A DNA stretch of 64,000 nucleotides. Source: Escherichia coli (GTDB lineage Bacteria; Pseudomonadota; Gammaproteobacteria; Enterobacterales; Enterobacteriaceae). The stretch lies in assembly GCF_003334355.1 (NCBI RefSeq), contig NZ_QOWP01000014.1; one strand, given 5' to 3'. A program made the position numbers and the translations under genes. Shown here in pieces: positions 11,021 through 22,257 of the stretch (its first letter is position 1; every line of letters starts with the position of its first letter). The notes beneath the pieces were generated by a model. That model saw only the letters and a program-made list of their open reading frames with translations, searched no databases and was not told where the DNA came from.

Positions 11021-11368
11021 ATGAAGACGTTTTTCAGAACAGTGTTATTCGGCAGCCTGATGGCCGTCTGCGCAAACAGTTACGCGCTCAGCGAGTCTGA
11101 AGCCGAAGATATGGCCGATTTAACGGCAGTTTTTGTCTTTCTGAAGAACGATTGTGGTTACCAGAACTTACCTAACGGGCAAATTCGTCGCGCACTGGTC
11201 TTTTTCGCTCAGCAAAACCAGTGGGACCTCAGTAATTACGACACCTTCGACATGAAAGCCCTCGGTGAAGACAGCTACCGCGATCTCAGCGGCATTGGCA
11301 TTCCCGTCGCTAAAAAATGCAAAGCCCTGGCCCGCGATTCCTTAAGCCTGCTTGCCTACGTCAAATAA
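11021..11368 (+). CDS. yacC: small secreted protein YacC (function unknown)
   Basis: ORF-track 172 aa trimmed to internal ATG giving MKTFFRTVLFGSLMAVCANSYA (115 aa), matching YacC; divergent from cueO. Confidence 0.85.
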   Translation: MKTFFRTVLFGSLMAVCANSYALSESEAEDMADLTAVFVFLKNDCGYQNLPNGQIRRALVFFAQQNQWDLSNYDTFDMKALGEDSYRDLSGIGIPVAKKCKALARDSLSLLAYVK

Positions 11369-11473
11369 TCCCTGATACCTTTTTGTAGAAATATTGACCG
11401 TGCATCCGCGGTCAATGTTAGCTATTATGTTGCGCCCTTTTTTTACGGGTGTTAACAAAGGAGGTATCAACCC

Positions 11474-12340
11474 ATGGCCGAAAAAAAACAGTGGCATGAA
11501 ACGCTACACGACCAGTTTGGGCAGTACTTTGCGGTAGATAACGTTCTGTATCATGAAAAGACCGATCACCAGGATCTGATCATTTTTGAGAACGCTGCAT
11601 TTGGTCGCGTAATGGCGCTGGATGGCGTAGTACAAACCACCGAGCGCGACGAGTTTATCTATCATGAGATGATGACCCATGTTCCGCTACTGGCCCATGG
11701 TCACGCGAAACATGTGCTGATTATCGGCGGCGGCGACGGTGCCATGCTGCGTGAAGTAACCCGACATAAAAACGTTGAGTCAATCACGATGGTGGAAATC
11801 GATGCGGGTGTCGTATCGTTCTGCCGTCAGTATCTACCCAACCATAACGCCGGTAGCTACGACGATCCGCGCTTTAAGCTGGTGATCGACGATGGCGTCA
11901 ATTTCGTTAATCAAACCAGCCAGACCTTTGATGTCATTATCTCCGACTGCACCGATCCTATCGGTCCCGGCGAAAGCCTTTTCACTTCGGCATTTTATGA
12001 AGGCTGCAAACGTTGCCTGAATCCTGGCGGTATCTTCGTCGCACAAAACGGCGTCTGCTTTTTACAGCAGGAAGAAGCCATCGACAGCCATCGCAAACTC
12101 AGCCATTACTTCAGCGACGTTGGCTTTTATCAGGCGGCGATCCCGACCTATTACGGCGGTATCATGACTTTTGCATGGGCGACAGATAACGACGCCTTAC
12201 GCCATCTCTCAACCGAAATTATTCAGGCGCGTTTTCTCGCCTCTGGCCTGAAATGCCGTTATTACAATCCGGCAATCCATACGGCAGCTTTTGCCTTACC
12301 TCAGTATCTGCAAGACGCACTGGCTTCACAGCCGTCCTAA
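11474..12340 (+). CDS. speE: spermidine synthase
   Basis: ORF-track 288 aa recognised as SpeE; Shine-Dalgarno aaggagg upstream. Confidence 0.97.
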   Translation: MAEKKQWHETLHDQFGQYFAVDNVLYHEKTDHQDLIIFENAAFGRVMALDGVVQTTERDEFIYHEMMTHVPLLAHGHAKHVLIIGGGDGAMLREVTRHKNVESITMVEIDAGVVSFCRQYLPNHNAGSYDDPRFKLVIDDGVNFVNQTSQTFDVIISDCTDPIGPGESLFTSAFYEGCKRCLNPGGIFVAQNGVCFLQQEEAIDSHRKLSHYFSDVGFYQAAIPTYYGGIMTFAWATDNDALRHLSTEIIQARFLASGLKCRYYNPAIHTAAFALPQYLQDALASQPS

Positions 12341-12355
12341 GGAGAAGATAAGAAA

Positions 12356-13150
12356 TTGAAAAAACTGAAACTGCATGGCTTTAATAATCTGACCAAAAGT
12401 CTGAGTTTTTGTATTTACGATATCTGCTACGCCAAAACTGCCGAAGAGCGCGACGGTTATATTGCTTATATCGATGAACTCTATAATGCCAACCGTCTGA
12501 CCGAAATCCTGTCAGAAACCTGTTCCATTATCGGGGCTAATATTCTTAACATCGCCCGCCAGGATTACGAACCACAGGGTGCCAGCGTCACTATTCTGGT
12601 GAGTGAAGAACCGGTTGACCCGAAACTCATCGACAAAACAGAACACCCCGGCCCACTGCCAGAAACGGTCGTTGCCCATCTTGATAAAAGTCATATTTGC
12701 GTACATACCTACCCGGAAAGTCATCCTGAAGGCGGTTTATGTACCTTCCGCGCCGATATTGAAGTCTCTACCTGCGGCGTGATTTCTCCGCTGAAGGCGC
12801 TGAATTACCTGATCCACCAGCTTGAGTCCGATATCGTAACCATTGATTATCGCGTGCGCGGTTTTACCCGCGACATTAACGGTATGAAGCACTTTATCGA
12901 CCATGAGATTAATTCGATTCAGAACTTTATGTCTGACGATATGAAGGCGCTGTATGACATGGTGGATGTGAACGTCTATCAGGAAAATATCTTCCATACC
13001 AAGATGTTGCTTAAAGAGTTCGACCTTAAGCACTACATGTTCCACACCAAACCGGAAGACTTAACCGACAGCGAGCGCCAGGAAATTACCGCTGCGCTGT
13101 GGAAAGAAATGCGCGAGATTTATTACGGGCGCAATATGCCAGCTGTTTAA
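12356..13150 (+). CDS. speD: S-adenosylmethionine decarboxylase proenzyme
   Basis: ORF-track 264 aa recognised as SpeD; start codon is TTG at 12356; immediately downstream of speE (operon). Confidence 0.95.
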
Positions 13151-13154
13151 CGGC

Positions 13155-13190
13155 TCTGGCGGAGCTCCCAGGCTCCGCCAGATTTATTTA
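13155..13190 (+). terminator. Rho-independent terminator of speED (11-bp stem followed by tttattta)
   Basis: tctggcggagc / gctccgccaga inverted repeat directly after the speD stop, followed by a T-rich run. Confidence 0.65.
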
Positions 13191-13550
13191 CTTCTGCTGC
13201 ACGAAATTGCGGTAAGCCGCCACGACCTGCAGAAAATCCTCAACGCCGCATAGCGACAGGCTTTCTTCGTCGTAGTAGTTCATCCCCTCTTCCATTTCAT
13301 CGCCAGCGAATTCCAGTTGATTGGCGCGAACCATCACCTCTTCACCGTCCATCCACAGGGTGTATTCATGCCCTGCCCGTTGCCAGGACCGTTCGCTACC
13401 TTTCAGTGCGTGCGCTGCTTGTTCCACTTCATCAAGCAAGGCCAGGTTTTCTTTCACCTCTTCATTAAACCAGTGCCCGACCACTTCATGCCCCATGGAC
13501 ATACGCACCTTTACCACTCCGGTAATATCGCGCAGAAATTCGTAATCCAT
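13188..13550 (-). CDS. yacL: UPF0231 family protein YacL
   Basis: ORF-track 136 aa trimmed to [22 protein letters not shown] (120 aa), matching YacL. Confidence 0.85.
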
Positions 13551-13655
13551 AGTGTGTTCCTCTGCTCCCGGCAATGCACCGAAATCGCATTGCGCCATTG
13601 ATGTAATTATCGCAGCCTTACCGGAGAAAAACAGCGGAACGGCGATGGTTTAGAA

Positions 13656-13691
13656 ATAAAAAAATGCCCGGGAATCTCATTCACCGGGCAT
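13656..13691 (-). terminator. Rho-independent terminator of acnB
   Basis: atgcccgg / ccgggcat 8-bp stem with 12-nt loop; on the minus strand followed by a run of 8-9 U; about 35 bp after the acnB stop. Confidence 0.7.
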
Positions 13692-13725
13692 TGTGTCGTT
13701 TATGCGCAGCGCGTGCGCTGACTTT

Positions 13726-16323
13726 TTAAACCGCAGTCTGGAAAATCACCCCATCGGCTTTCTCGGTGTACTGAGAAAGCTGGTTGAAGTTCAGATAACG
13801 GTAAGTATCAACGGCTGTTTTATCTACCTGCGCCACGTAGGTCTGGTACTCTTCCGGCGTCGGCAGTTTGCCAATCAGCGCCGCAACAGCCGCCAGTTCC
13901 GCAGAAGCCAGGAAGACATTCGCGCCAGTACCCAGACGGTTCGGGAAGTTACGGGTAGAGGTGGAAACCACCGTTGCACCGTCCGCCACACGCGCCTGGT
14001 TACCCATACACAGGGAACAGCCAGGGATCTCGATACGCGCACCACTCTTACCGAAGACGCTGTAGTAGCCTTCTTCGGTCAACTGTGCGGCGTCCATACG
14101 GGTTGGCGGTGCCACCCACAGGCGGGTCGGCAACTGACCTTTATGCGCATCCAGCAGTTTACCCGCAGCACGGAAGTGACCGATGTTGGTCATGCAGGAA
14201 CCGATAAACACTTCGTCGATCTTCTCACCCTGTACCGCAGACAGCGGACGCGCGTCATCCGGGTCGTTCGGAGCACACAGGATTGGCTCTTTAATATCCG
14301 CCAGATCGATGTCGATCACTGCCGCGTATTCCGCATCTGCATCGGCTTCCAGCAGCTCAGGATTCGCCAGCCATTTTTCCATGCCCTGAATACGACGTTC
14401 CAGGGTACGACGATCGCCGTAACCTTCCGCGATCATCCACTTCAGCAGGACGATGTTAGAGTTAAGGTATTCGATGATCGGTTCTTTGTTCAGCTTGATA
14501 GTACAACCAGCGGCAGAACGCTCAGCGGACGCATCGGTAAGCTCAAAGGCCTGCTCAACTTTCAGATCCGGCAGACCTTCAATTTCCAGAATGCGGCCAG
14601 AGAAGATGTTTTTCTTGCCTTTCTTCTCAACGGTCAGCAGACCTTGTTTGATGGCATACAGCGGAATGGCGTGTACCAGATCGCGCAGGGTGATGCCCGG
14701 CTGCATTTTGCCTTTGAAGCGCACCAGAACGGATTCCGGCATATCCAGCGGCATTACGCCTGTTGCGGCTGCAAATGCCACCAGACCAGAACCCGCCGGG
14801 AAAGAGATACCGATCGGGAAACGGGTATGGGAGTCACCTCCGGTACCGACGGTATCCGGCAGCAGCATACGGTTCAGCCAGGAGTGGATTACGCCGTCAC
14901 CCGGACGCAGCGACACACCGCCACGGTTCATAATGAAGTCCGGCAGCGTGTGGTGCGTGTTCACGTCAACCGGCTTCGGATACGCCGCGGTGTGGCAGAA
15001 AGACTGCATCACCAGGTCAGCCGAGAAGCCCAGGCACGCCAGGTCTTTCAGTTCATCACGGGTCATCGGGCCTGTGGTGTCCTGAGAGCCTACAGAAGTC
15101 ATTTTCGGTTCGCAGTACGCGCCCGGACGAATGCCTTTCACGCCACAGGCACGGCCTACCATTTTTTGCGCCAGCGAGAAGCCGCGATCGCTCTCAGCGA
15201 CATCTTTCGCCTGACGGAACACATCACTGTGCGGCAGACCAAGTGCTTCACGCGCTTTGGTGGTCAGGCCACGCCCAATAATCAGCGGAATACGGCCGCC
15301 AGCACGCACTTCATCAATCAGCACGTCGGTTTTCAGTTCGAAGGTCGCCAGCAGTTCGCCGGTTTCGTGGTTACGCACTTCACCTTTGTACGGGTAAACG
15401 TCAATTACGTCGCCCATGTTCAGGTTAGAGACGTCGACTTCGATTGGCAGTGCACCTGCGTCTTCCATTGTGTTAAAGAAGATTGGTGCAATTTTACCGC
15501 CGAGACACAAACCACCGCCGCGTTTGTTCGGCACATGTGGAATATCATCACCCATAAACCACAGTACGGAGTTCGTGGCGGATTTACGCGATGAACCCGT
15601 ACCCACAACGTCACCGACGTACGCCAGCGGGAAACCTTTCTGTTGCAGAGCTTCGATTTGCTTGATCGGACCAACAACACCTGGCTGGTCTGGCTCGATG
15701 CCTTCACGGGCGTTTTTCAGCATCGCCAGCGCGTGCAGTGGGATATCCGGGCGTGACCACGCATCCGGTGCCGGAGAGAGGTCATCGGTGTTGGTTTCGC
15801 CAGTGACTTTGAAGACGGTAACGGTCAGTTTTTCAGCCAGCGCCGGGCGATTCAGGAACCATTCGGCATCCGCCCAGGACTGCATTACCTGCTTCGCATA
15901 TTCGTTGCCTGCTTTCGCTTTCTCTTCTACGTCATAGAAGTTATCGAACATCAGCAGTGTGTGAGAAAGTGCTTTGGCAGCGATCGGTGCCAGTTTGGCA
16001 TCATCCAGCGCGTCGATCAGCGGATGAATGTTGTAACCACCCTGCATGGTGCCCAGCAGTTCGATGGCTTTTTCCGGAGTCAGCAGAGGGGATTTGGCTT
16101 CGCCTTTAGCGATAGCAGCCAGGAAGCCTGCTTTGACATAGGCGGCTTCATCGACGCCTGGGGGAACACGGTTGGTTAACAGATCTAACAGGAATTCTTC
16201 TTCGCCCGCGGGCGGGTTTTTCAGCAGCTCTACAAGTGCGGCCATTTGGTTTGCATCCAGGGGTTTGGGCGCAATCCCCTCAGCGGCACGCTCAGCTACG
16301 TGCTTACGGTATTCTTCTAGCAC
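13726..16323 (-). CDS. acnB: aconitate hydratase B (bifunctional aconitase / 2-methylisocitrate dehydratase)
   Basis: ORF-track 916 aa trimmed to GTG at 16321-16323 giving (M)[15 protein letters not shown] (865 aa), matching AcnB. Confidence 0.95.
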   Translation of the reverse strand: MLEEYRKHVAERAAEGIAPKPLDANQMAALVELLKNPPAGEEEFLLDLLTNRVPPGVDEAAYVKAGFLAAIAKGEAKSPLLTPEKAIELLGTMQGGYNIHPLIDALDDAKLAPIAAKALSHTLLMFDNFYDVEEKAKAGNEYAKQVMQSWADAEWFLNRPALAEKLTVTVFKVTGETNTDDLSPAPDAWSRPDIPLHALAMLKNAREGIEPDQPGVVGPIKQIEALQQKGFPLAYVGDVVGTGSSRKSATNSVLWFMGDDIPHVPNKRGGGLCLGGKIAPIFFNTMEDAGALPIEVDVSNLNMGDVIDVYPYKGEVRNHETGELLATFELKTDVLIDEVRAGGRIPLIIGRGLTTKAREALGLPHSDVFRQAKDVAESDRGFSLAQKMVGRACGVKGIRPGAYCEPKMTSVGSQDTTGPMTRDELKDLACLGFSADLVMQSFCHTAAYPKPVDVNTHHTLPDFIMNRGGVSLRPGDGVIHSWLNRMLLPDTVGTGGDSHTRFPIGISFPAGSGLVAFAAATGVMPLDMPESVLVRFKGKMQPGITLRDLVHAIPLYAIKQGLLTVEKKGKKNIFSGRILEIEGLPDLKVEQAFELTDASAERSAAGCTIKLNKEPIIEYLNSNIVLLKWMIAEGYGDRRTLERRIQGMEKWLANPELLEADADAEYAAVIDIDLADIKEPILCAPNDPDDARPLSAVQGEKIDEVFIGSCMTNIGHFRAAGKLLDAHKGQLPTRLWVAPPTRMDAAQLTEEGYYSVFGKSGARIEIPGCSLCMGNQARVADGATVVSTSTRNFPNRLGTGANVFLASAELAAVAALIGKLPTPEEYQTYVAQVDKTAVDTYRYLNFNQLSQYTEKADGVIFQTAV

Positions 16324-16677
16324 GACGGTTCTCCTCGCTCTCATTGTCATAGTGCGGCAGGCGATTCTCTTCACGCTCCTGTGAGACAGCAGTTTGTAGG
16401 GTAAATGCCCAGTACCGCAACGGGCAGAATAGCAGGATTTTGACGAGGTGTTAATCTGTTTACAAAAAAGCAACATAAAAAAGTGGCTGAATCGTTAAGG
16501 ATGGTCTAGAGATTGTTTCCCTCCGTAAAAACTTCGTTAATTCGCATGGTGATAATCACCTTTCTCAACGAATCCCAAGATTAGTCAAAATTTAAACTAC
16601 CGCCTCTTTATACTCAGATTTACAGCACCTGCGGGTGGCAGTTCGCCGACTATTGCGATTTCCTTGAGATCCGAATT

Positions 16678-18531
16678 ATGAAAATGACTTTGCCGTTTAA
16701 ACCCCATGTGCTGGCGCTAATTTGCAGTGCCGGGCTTTGTGCCGCCTCTGCCGGGCTATATATAAAAAGCCGCACAGTGGAAGCGCCTGTGGAACCGCAA
16801 TCGACACAACAGACTGCGCCTGACATCTCCGCAGTTACGCTTCCTGCAACGGTTTCCGTGCCTCCTGTAACACCTGCCGTCGTCAAATCCGCATTCAGCA
16901 CTGCTCAAATAGATCAATGGGTTGCACCTGTCGCGCTATACCCCGACGCCCTACTTTCGCAGGTGCTGATGGCATCAACCTATCCGACAAACGTTGCTCA
17001 AGCAGTGCAATGGTCGCACGATAATCCACTTAAACAAGGCGATGCTGCTATTCAGGCGGTATCTGACCAGCCGTGGGACGCCAGCGTTAAATCACTGGTG
17101 GCCTTTCCACAATTGATGGCATTGATGGGCGAAAACCCGCAATGGGTGCAAAACCTGGGCGATGCTTTTCTGGCGCAGCCGCAGGACGTGATGGACTCGG
17201 TACAGCGATTGCGGCAACTGGCGCAACAAACCGGCTCGCTGAAGTCATCAACCGAACAGAAAGTTATTACCACAACGAAGAAAGCTGTACCGGTAAAACA
17301 GACAGTCACGGCACCCGTCATACCATCCAATACCGTTTTAACTGCCAACCCCGTCATTACAGAGCCGGCAACAACCGTCATTTCCATTGAGCCCGCCAAT
17401 CCTGATGTGGTCTATATTCCCAACTACAACCCAACCGTGGTTTACGGGAACTGGACCAATACTGCGTACCCGCCGGTTTATCTGCCACCACCAGCCGGAG
17501 AACCGTTTGTTGACAGCTTTGTGCGCGGATTCGGCTATAGCATGGGCGTTGCTACCACGTACGCACTATTCAGCAGCATCGACTGGGACGACGACGATCA
17601 TGACCATCATCATCATGACGATGATGATTATCATCACCACGATGGCGGTCATCGTGACGGTAATGGCTGGCAACACAACGGCGACAACATCAATATCGAC
17701 GTCAACAATTTCAACCGTATCACCGGTGAGCATCTTACTGATAAGAATATGGCATGGCGGCACAATCCAAACTACCGTAATGGTGTGCCCTATCATGATC
17801 AGGATATGGCAAAGCGGTTTCATCAAACCGATGTCAACGGCGGAATGAGTGCCACGCAGCTACCTGCTCCAACACGCGACAGCCAGCGTCAGGCGGCAGC
17901 AAGTCAGTTTCAGCAACGAACACACGCCGCCCCCGTCATTACACGAGATACCCAACGTCAGGCAGCGGCACAGCGGTTTAATGAAGCTGAACACTATGGG
18001 AGCTATGACGACTTCCGCGACTTCAGCCGTCGCCAACCACTGATCCAGCAACAAAAGGACGCCGCTCGTCAGCGTTATCAGTCCGCCTCGCCTGAGCAGC
18101 GCCAGGCAGTTCGCGAGAGAATGCAGACTAACCCGCAGCTCCAGCAGCGAAGAGAGGCAGCGCGTGAGCGCATTCAGTCCGCCTCGCCTGAGCAGCGCCA
18201 GGCGGTTCGCGAGAAAATGCAGACTAACCCGCAGAACCAGCAGCGAAGAGACGCAGCGCGTGAGCGTATTCAGTCCGCATCACCAGAGCAGCGCCAGGTG
18301 TTTAAGGAAAAAGTACAGCAGCGCCCACTGAATCAACAGCAACGTGATAACGCCCGCCAGCGTGTTCAATCGGCATCACCTGAACAACGTCAGGTTTTTC
18401 GGGAAAAAGTTCAGGAGAGCCGCCCACAACGTCTAAACGACAGTAACCATACTGTCAGGCTGAATAACGAGCAACGGTCAGCAGTACGCGAACGTCTCTC
18501 TGAGCGCGGAGCAAGGCGACTGGAAAGGTAA
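16678..18531 (+). CDS. yacH: DUF3300-type uncharacterised secreted protein with His/Asp-rich tract and C-terminal tandem repeats
   Basis: ORF-track 617 aa; hydrophobic N-terminal signal-like segment; recognised as E. coli YacH; repeats visible in DNA and protein. Confidence 0.85.
   Translation: MKMTLPFKPHVLALICSAGLCAASAGLYIKSRTVEAPVEPQSTQQTAPDISAVTLPATVSVPPVTPAVVKSAFSTAQIDQWVAPVALYPDALLSQVLMASTYPTNVAQAVQWSHDNPLKQGDAAIQAVSDQPWDASVKSLVAFPQLMALMGENPQWVQNLGDAFLAQPQDVMDSVQRLRQLAQQTGSLKSSTEQKVITTTKKAVPVKQTVTAPVIPSNTVLTANPVITEPATTVISIEPANPDVVYIPNYNPTVVYGNWTNTAYPPVYLPPPAGEPFVDSFVRGFGYSMGVATTYALFSSIDWDDDDHDHHHHDDDDYHHHDGGHRDGNGWQHNGDNINIDVNNFNRITGEHLTDKNMAWRHNPNYRNGVPYHDQDMAKRFHQTDVNGGMSATQLPAPTRDSQRQAAASQFQQRTHAAPVITRDTQRQAAAQRFNEAEHYGSYDDFRDFSRRQPLIQQQKDAARQRYQSASPEQRQAVRERMQTNPQLQQRREAARERIQSASPEQRQAVREKMQTNPQNQQRRDAARERIQSASPEQRQVFKEKVQQRPLNQQQRDNARQRVQSASPEQRQVFREKVQESRPQRLNDSNHTVRLNNEQRSAVRERLSERGARRLER
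17587..17656 (+). other. yacH: His/Asp-rich low-complexity tract in YacH (DDDDHDHHHHDDDDYHHHDGGH)
   Basis: gac/cat codon run read directly; plausible divalent-metal binding segment. Confidence 0.8.
18058..18441 (+). repeat. yacH: Four tandem copies of a 96-bp (32-codon) repeat inside yacH
   Basis: The motif cagtccgcctcgcctgagcagcgccagg recurs at about 18079, 18175 and 18271, with a diverged copy near 18367; encodes repeated ...ARERIQSASPEQRQAVREKMQTNPQ... Confidence 0.85.
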
Positions 18532-18542
18532 ATTACAGACGT

Positions 18543-18573
18543 AAAAAAAGCGGCGTGGTTAGCCGCTTTTTTA
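18543..18573. terminator. Bidirectional terminator between convergent yacH and lpd
   Basis: aaaaaaagcggc-gtggtta-gccgctttttt: GC stem flanked by A-run and T-run, so functional in both orientations. Confidence 0.75.
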
Positions 18574-18601
18574 ATTGCCGGATGTTCCGGCAAACGAAAA
18601 A

Positions 18602-20026
18602 TTACTTCTTCTTCGCTTTCGGGTTCGGCAGGTCGGTAATGCTACCTTCGAACACTTCTGCCGCCAGGCCCACAGACTCGTGCAGAGTCGGGTGCGCGTG
18701 GATGGTCAGTGCGATGTCTTCAGCATCACAACCCATTTCGATTGCCAGACCGATTTCACCCAGCAGCTCACCGCCGTTAGTACCGACAATCGCACCACCG
18801 ATCACACGGTGAGATTCTTTGTCGAAAATCAGCTTGGTCATACCGTCTGCGCAGTCGGAAGCGATAGCACGGCCAGAAGCAGCCCACGGGAAGGTGGCGG
18901 TCTCAAAGCTGATGCCTTTCTCTTTCGCTTCTTTCTCAGTCAGACCTACCCATGCAACTTCTGGTTCGGTATAGGCGATGGACGGGATAACTTTCGGATC
19001 GAAGTAATGTTTTTTACCGGCGATAACTTCAGCGGCAACGTGACCTTCGTGAACACCTTTATGTGCCAGCATTGGCTGACCGACGATATCGCCGATAGCA
19101 AAGATGTGCGGTACGTTGGTACGCAGTTGTTTGTCAACGCGGATGAAACCACGGTCGTCAACTTCCACGCCAGCTTTGCCTGCGTCGAGGTTTTTACCGT
19201 TCGGCACACGACCAATCGCTACCAGCACGGCGTCGTAACGCTGCGGTTCAGCGGGTGCTTTTTTGCCTTCCATCGTCACATAAATGCCGTCTTCTTTCGC
19301 TTCAACGGCGGTAACTTTGGTTTCCAGCATCAGGTTGAATTTCTTGCTGATACGCTTGGTGAAGACTTTAACGATGTCTTTGTCAGCTGCCGGGATAACC
19401 TGGTCGAACATTTCAACCACGTCAATCTGTGAACCCAGCGCGTGGTAAACGGTGCCCATTTCCAGACCGATGATACCGCCACCCATTACCAGCAGGCGTT
19501 CTGGTACTTCTTTCAGTTCCAGCGCGTCAGTGGAGTCCCAGATACGCGGATCTTCATGCGGAATAAACGGCAGTTGAATCGGGCGAGAACCCGCTGCAAT
19601 GATCGCGTTGTCGAAGTTGATCACGGTTTTACCGTTCTCACCTTCAACTTCCAGGGTGTTAGCCCCGGTAAATTTACCCAGACCGTTGACCACTTTGACT
19701 TTGCGGCCTTTCGCCATACCAGCCAGACCACCGGTCAGCTGATTGATCACTTTCTCTTTCCAGGTACGAATCTTGTCGATATCGGTTTTCGGTTCGCCAA
19801 AGACGATACCGTGTTCAGCCAGCGCTTTGGCTTCTTCGATAACTTTTGCTACGTGCAGCAGTGCTTTAGAAGGGATACAGCCGACGTTCAGGCAAACACC
19901 GCCAAGGGTGTTGTAACGTTCTACGATTACGGTTTCCAGACCTAAATCAGCGCAACGGAAGGCAGCGGAGTAACCTGCGGGGCCTGCCCCAAGTACCACG
20001 ACCTGAGTTTTGATTTCAGTACTCAT
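18602..20026 (-). CDS. lpd: dihydrolipoyl dehydrogenase (E3 of PDH/OGDH/GCV complexes)
   Basis: ORF-track 485 aa trimmed to MSTEIKTQVVVLGAGPAGYSAAF (474 aa); FAD motif and redox-active CLNVGC. Confidence 0.97.
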   Translation of the reverse strand: MSTEIKTQVVVLGAGPAGYSAAFRCADLGLETVIVERYNTLGGVCLNVGCIPSKALLHVAKVIEEAKALAEHGIVFGEPKTDIDKIRTWKEKVINQLTGGLAGMAKGRKVKVVNGLGKFTGANTLEVEGENGKTVINFDNAIIAAGSRPIQLPFIPHEDPRIWDSTDALELKEVPERLLVMGGGIIGLEMGTVYHALGSQIDVVEMFDQVIPAADKDIVKVFTKRISKKFNLMLETKVTAVEAKEDGIYVTMEGKKAPAEPQRYDAVLVAIGRVPNGKNLDAGKAGVEVDDRGFIRVDKQLRTNVPHIFAIGDIVGQPMLAHKGVHEGHVAAEVIAGKKHYFDPKVIPSIAYTEPEVAWVGLTEKEAKEKGISFETATFPWAASGRAIASDCADGMTKLIFDKESHRVIGGAIVGTNGGELLGEIGLAIEMGCDAEDIALTIHAHPTLHESVGLAAEVFEGSITDLPNPKAKKK

Positions 20027-20234
20027 CATGACCTCTATATATTTATCTCCGGCGGTCATACCCGTCGTCTTTCAGGCCGCAGCGGCGTTAGCTTCACGCC
20101 CTCACCCCAGTCACTTACTTATGTAAGCTCCTGGGGATTCTGGCGCTTGCTACCTTGCTGCACCCAGAAATCCATAGGGTATGTGAAGTAATACCCTAAC
20201 CACCACCGGGTCGTTCTATCCGTCGGTATTTTAC

Positions 20235-20252
20235 AAAATTGTTAACAATTTT
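20235..20252. promoter_or_regulatory. 18-bp perfect palindrome AAAATTGTTAACAATTTT in the aceF-lpd intergenic (lpd promoter) region
   Basis: Read directly; lies about 210 bp upstream of the lpd start; candidate dimeric regulator site, binding protein not assigned. Confidence 0.4.
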
Positions 20253-20316
20253 TAAACAACAAACGGCAACCGATTTGTCTATTCGCTAATAACCTCAATA
20301 CATTCATGAGATTACC

Positions 20317-20343
20317 AGAAAAAAGCCGGCCGTTGGGCCGGCT
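20317..20343 (-). terminator. Rho-independent terminator after aceF
   Basis: agccggcc-gttg-ggccggct hairpin immediately after the aceF stop; on the minus strand followed by tttttt. Confidence 0.7.
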
Positions 20344-20350
20344 CTTTTAC

Positions 20351-22243
20351 TTACATCACCAGACGGCGAATGTCAGACAGCGTGTTGTTAATGATGGTAA
20401 TGAAACGAGCACCATCAGCACCGTCGATCACGCGGTGGTCGAAGGAGAGAGAAATCGGCAGCATCAGACGCGGCACGAACTCTTTACCATTCCACACCGG
20501 CTCCATCGCGGACTTGGAAACGCCGAGGATAGCCACTTCCGGCGCGTTCACAATCGGCGCGAAGTGGGTAGTACCCAGGCCGCCGATGCTGGAGATGGTG
20601 AAGCAACCGCCCTGCATTTCGCCCGCAGTCAGCTTACCGTCACGCGCTTTCTTAGAAATAGTCATCAGCTCGCGAGACAGCTCGATGATGCCTTTCTTGT
20701 TGACGTCTTTGAATACCGGAACAACCAGACCGTTCGGGGTATCCACCGCCACACCGATGTTGATGTACTTCTTCAGGGTCAGACGCTGACCGTCCTCCGA
20801 CAGCGAACTGTTGAAGCGAGGCATCTGCTCAAGAGCTGCAGCAACGGCTTTCATAATGAAGACAACCGGGGTGATCTTCACATCCAGCTTACGTTTCGCC
20901 GCTTCTTCGTTCTGCTGTTTACGGAACGCTTCCAGCTCGGTGATATCGGTTTTGTCGAAGTGAGTAACATGCGGGATCATCACCCAGTTACGGCTCAGGT
21001 TCGCACCAGAAATTTTCTGGATACGGCCCAGTTCCACTTCTTCGATTTCACCAAACTTGCTGAAGTCCACCTTCGGCCACGGCAGCATGCCTGGGATACC
21101 GCCGCCAGTCGCTGCCGGAGCTGCTTCTGCACGTTTGATAGCTTCTTTCACGTAAGCCTGAACGTCTTCGCGCAGGATACGACCTTTACGGCCAGTGCCC
21201 TTCACTTTCGCAAGGTTAACGCCAAACTCGCGTGCCAGACGGCGGATCAGCGGAGTCGCGTGAACGTAAGCGTCATTTTCAGCAAATTCAGATTTGCCTT
21301 CAGCTTTCGCAGCCGGTGCTGCTGCCGGGGCTTCAGCTTTTGCTGCCGGAGCCGGCGCTGCCGCTTCCTGTTTCGCAGGAGCTGCCGCAGGCGCTGCGCC
21401 TTCAACTTCAAAGATCATAATCAGCGAGCCAGTTTTCACTTTATCGCCAACGTTGACTTTCAGTTCCTTCACGACGCCTGCAAACGGAGCCGGAACTTCC
21501 ATAGAAGCTTTATCGCCTTCTACGGTGATCAGTGACTGTTCAGCGGCAACTTTGTCGCCCACTTTCACCATCACTTCGGTCACTTCAACTTCGTCACCGC
21601 CGATATCCGGAACGTTAACTTCTTTCACGCCAGCCGCTGGTGCAGGGGCCGCTGCCGGAGCTGCTTCCTGTTTAGCGGCCGGAGCTGCCGCGCCTGCTTC
21701 ACCCGCGACTTCGAAGACCATAATCAGCGAGCCGGTAGACACTTTGTCACCCACGTTCACTTTGATCTCTTTCACGGTGCCAGCAAACGGAGCCGGAACT
21801 TCCATAGAAGCCTTGTCGCCTTCTACGGTGATCAGCGACTGTTCAGCTTCAACTTTATCGCCAACTTTCACCAGGATTTCGGTCACTTCAACTTCGTCGC
21901 TGCCGATATCCGGAACGTTAACGTCTTTTGCCGCCGCAGCCGCTGGTGCTGCTGCCGGAGCTGCTTCTTTCTTCTCTTCTGCCTGAGCAGGTGCAGCGTC
22001 TGCTGCACCGTCGGCGGAATCGAAAATCATAATCAGTGCGCCGGTCTGGGTTTTATCGCCAACAGAGACTTTGATCTCTTTAACGATACCCGCCTGCGGA
22101 GACGGAACTTCCATAGAGGCTTTGTCGCCTTCTACGGTGATCAGCGACTGTTCGGCTTCAACTTTGTCGCCCACTTTGACCAGGATCTCGGTGATTTCAA
22201 CTTCATCAGCCCCGATGTCCGGTACTTTGATTTCGATAGCCAT
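20351..22243 (-). CDS. aceF: pyruvate dehydrogenase E2, dihydrolipoamide acetyltransferase (three lipoyl domains)
   Basis: ORF-track 630 aa; three tandem lipoyl domains with Ala/Pro linkers, catalytic C-terminal domain. Confidence 0.97.
21330..22243 (-). repeat. aceF: Three tandem ~300-bp repeats encoding the three lipoyl domains of AceF
   Basis: Near-identical segments recur at ~300-bp spacing (e.g. ggtcacttcaacttcgtc near 21588 and 21879); protein shows three ...VPDIG...[10 protein letters not shown]... domains. Confidence 0.9.
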
Positions 22244-22257
22244 TATTCTTTTACCTC

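Noticed and set aside
13693-15594. 633-aa plus-strand ORF antisense to acnB
   Set aside because: Lies entirely within and opposite the confidently identified acnB; its translation is low-complexity (R/Q/T/H-rich) and unlike any protein I recognise; typical shadow ORF.
13726-16476. N-terminally extended ORF-track models (acnB 916 aa, also cueO, leuO, ilvI, ilvH, rsmH, mraZ, pdhR, ampE, lpd, hpt, yacL, yacC, secM, nadC, gcd)
   Set aside because: The extensions are not part of the recalled protein sequences; trimmed to the internal ATG/GTG matching the known N-termini.
21294-21986. Plus-strand ORF with internally repeated peptide (ISEPV...TLSPTFT...)
   Set aside because: The repetition simply mirrors the three lipoyl-domain repeats of aceF on the opposite strand; not an independent gene.
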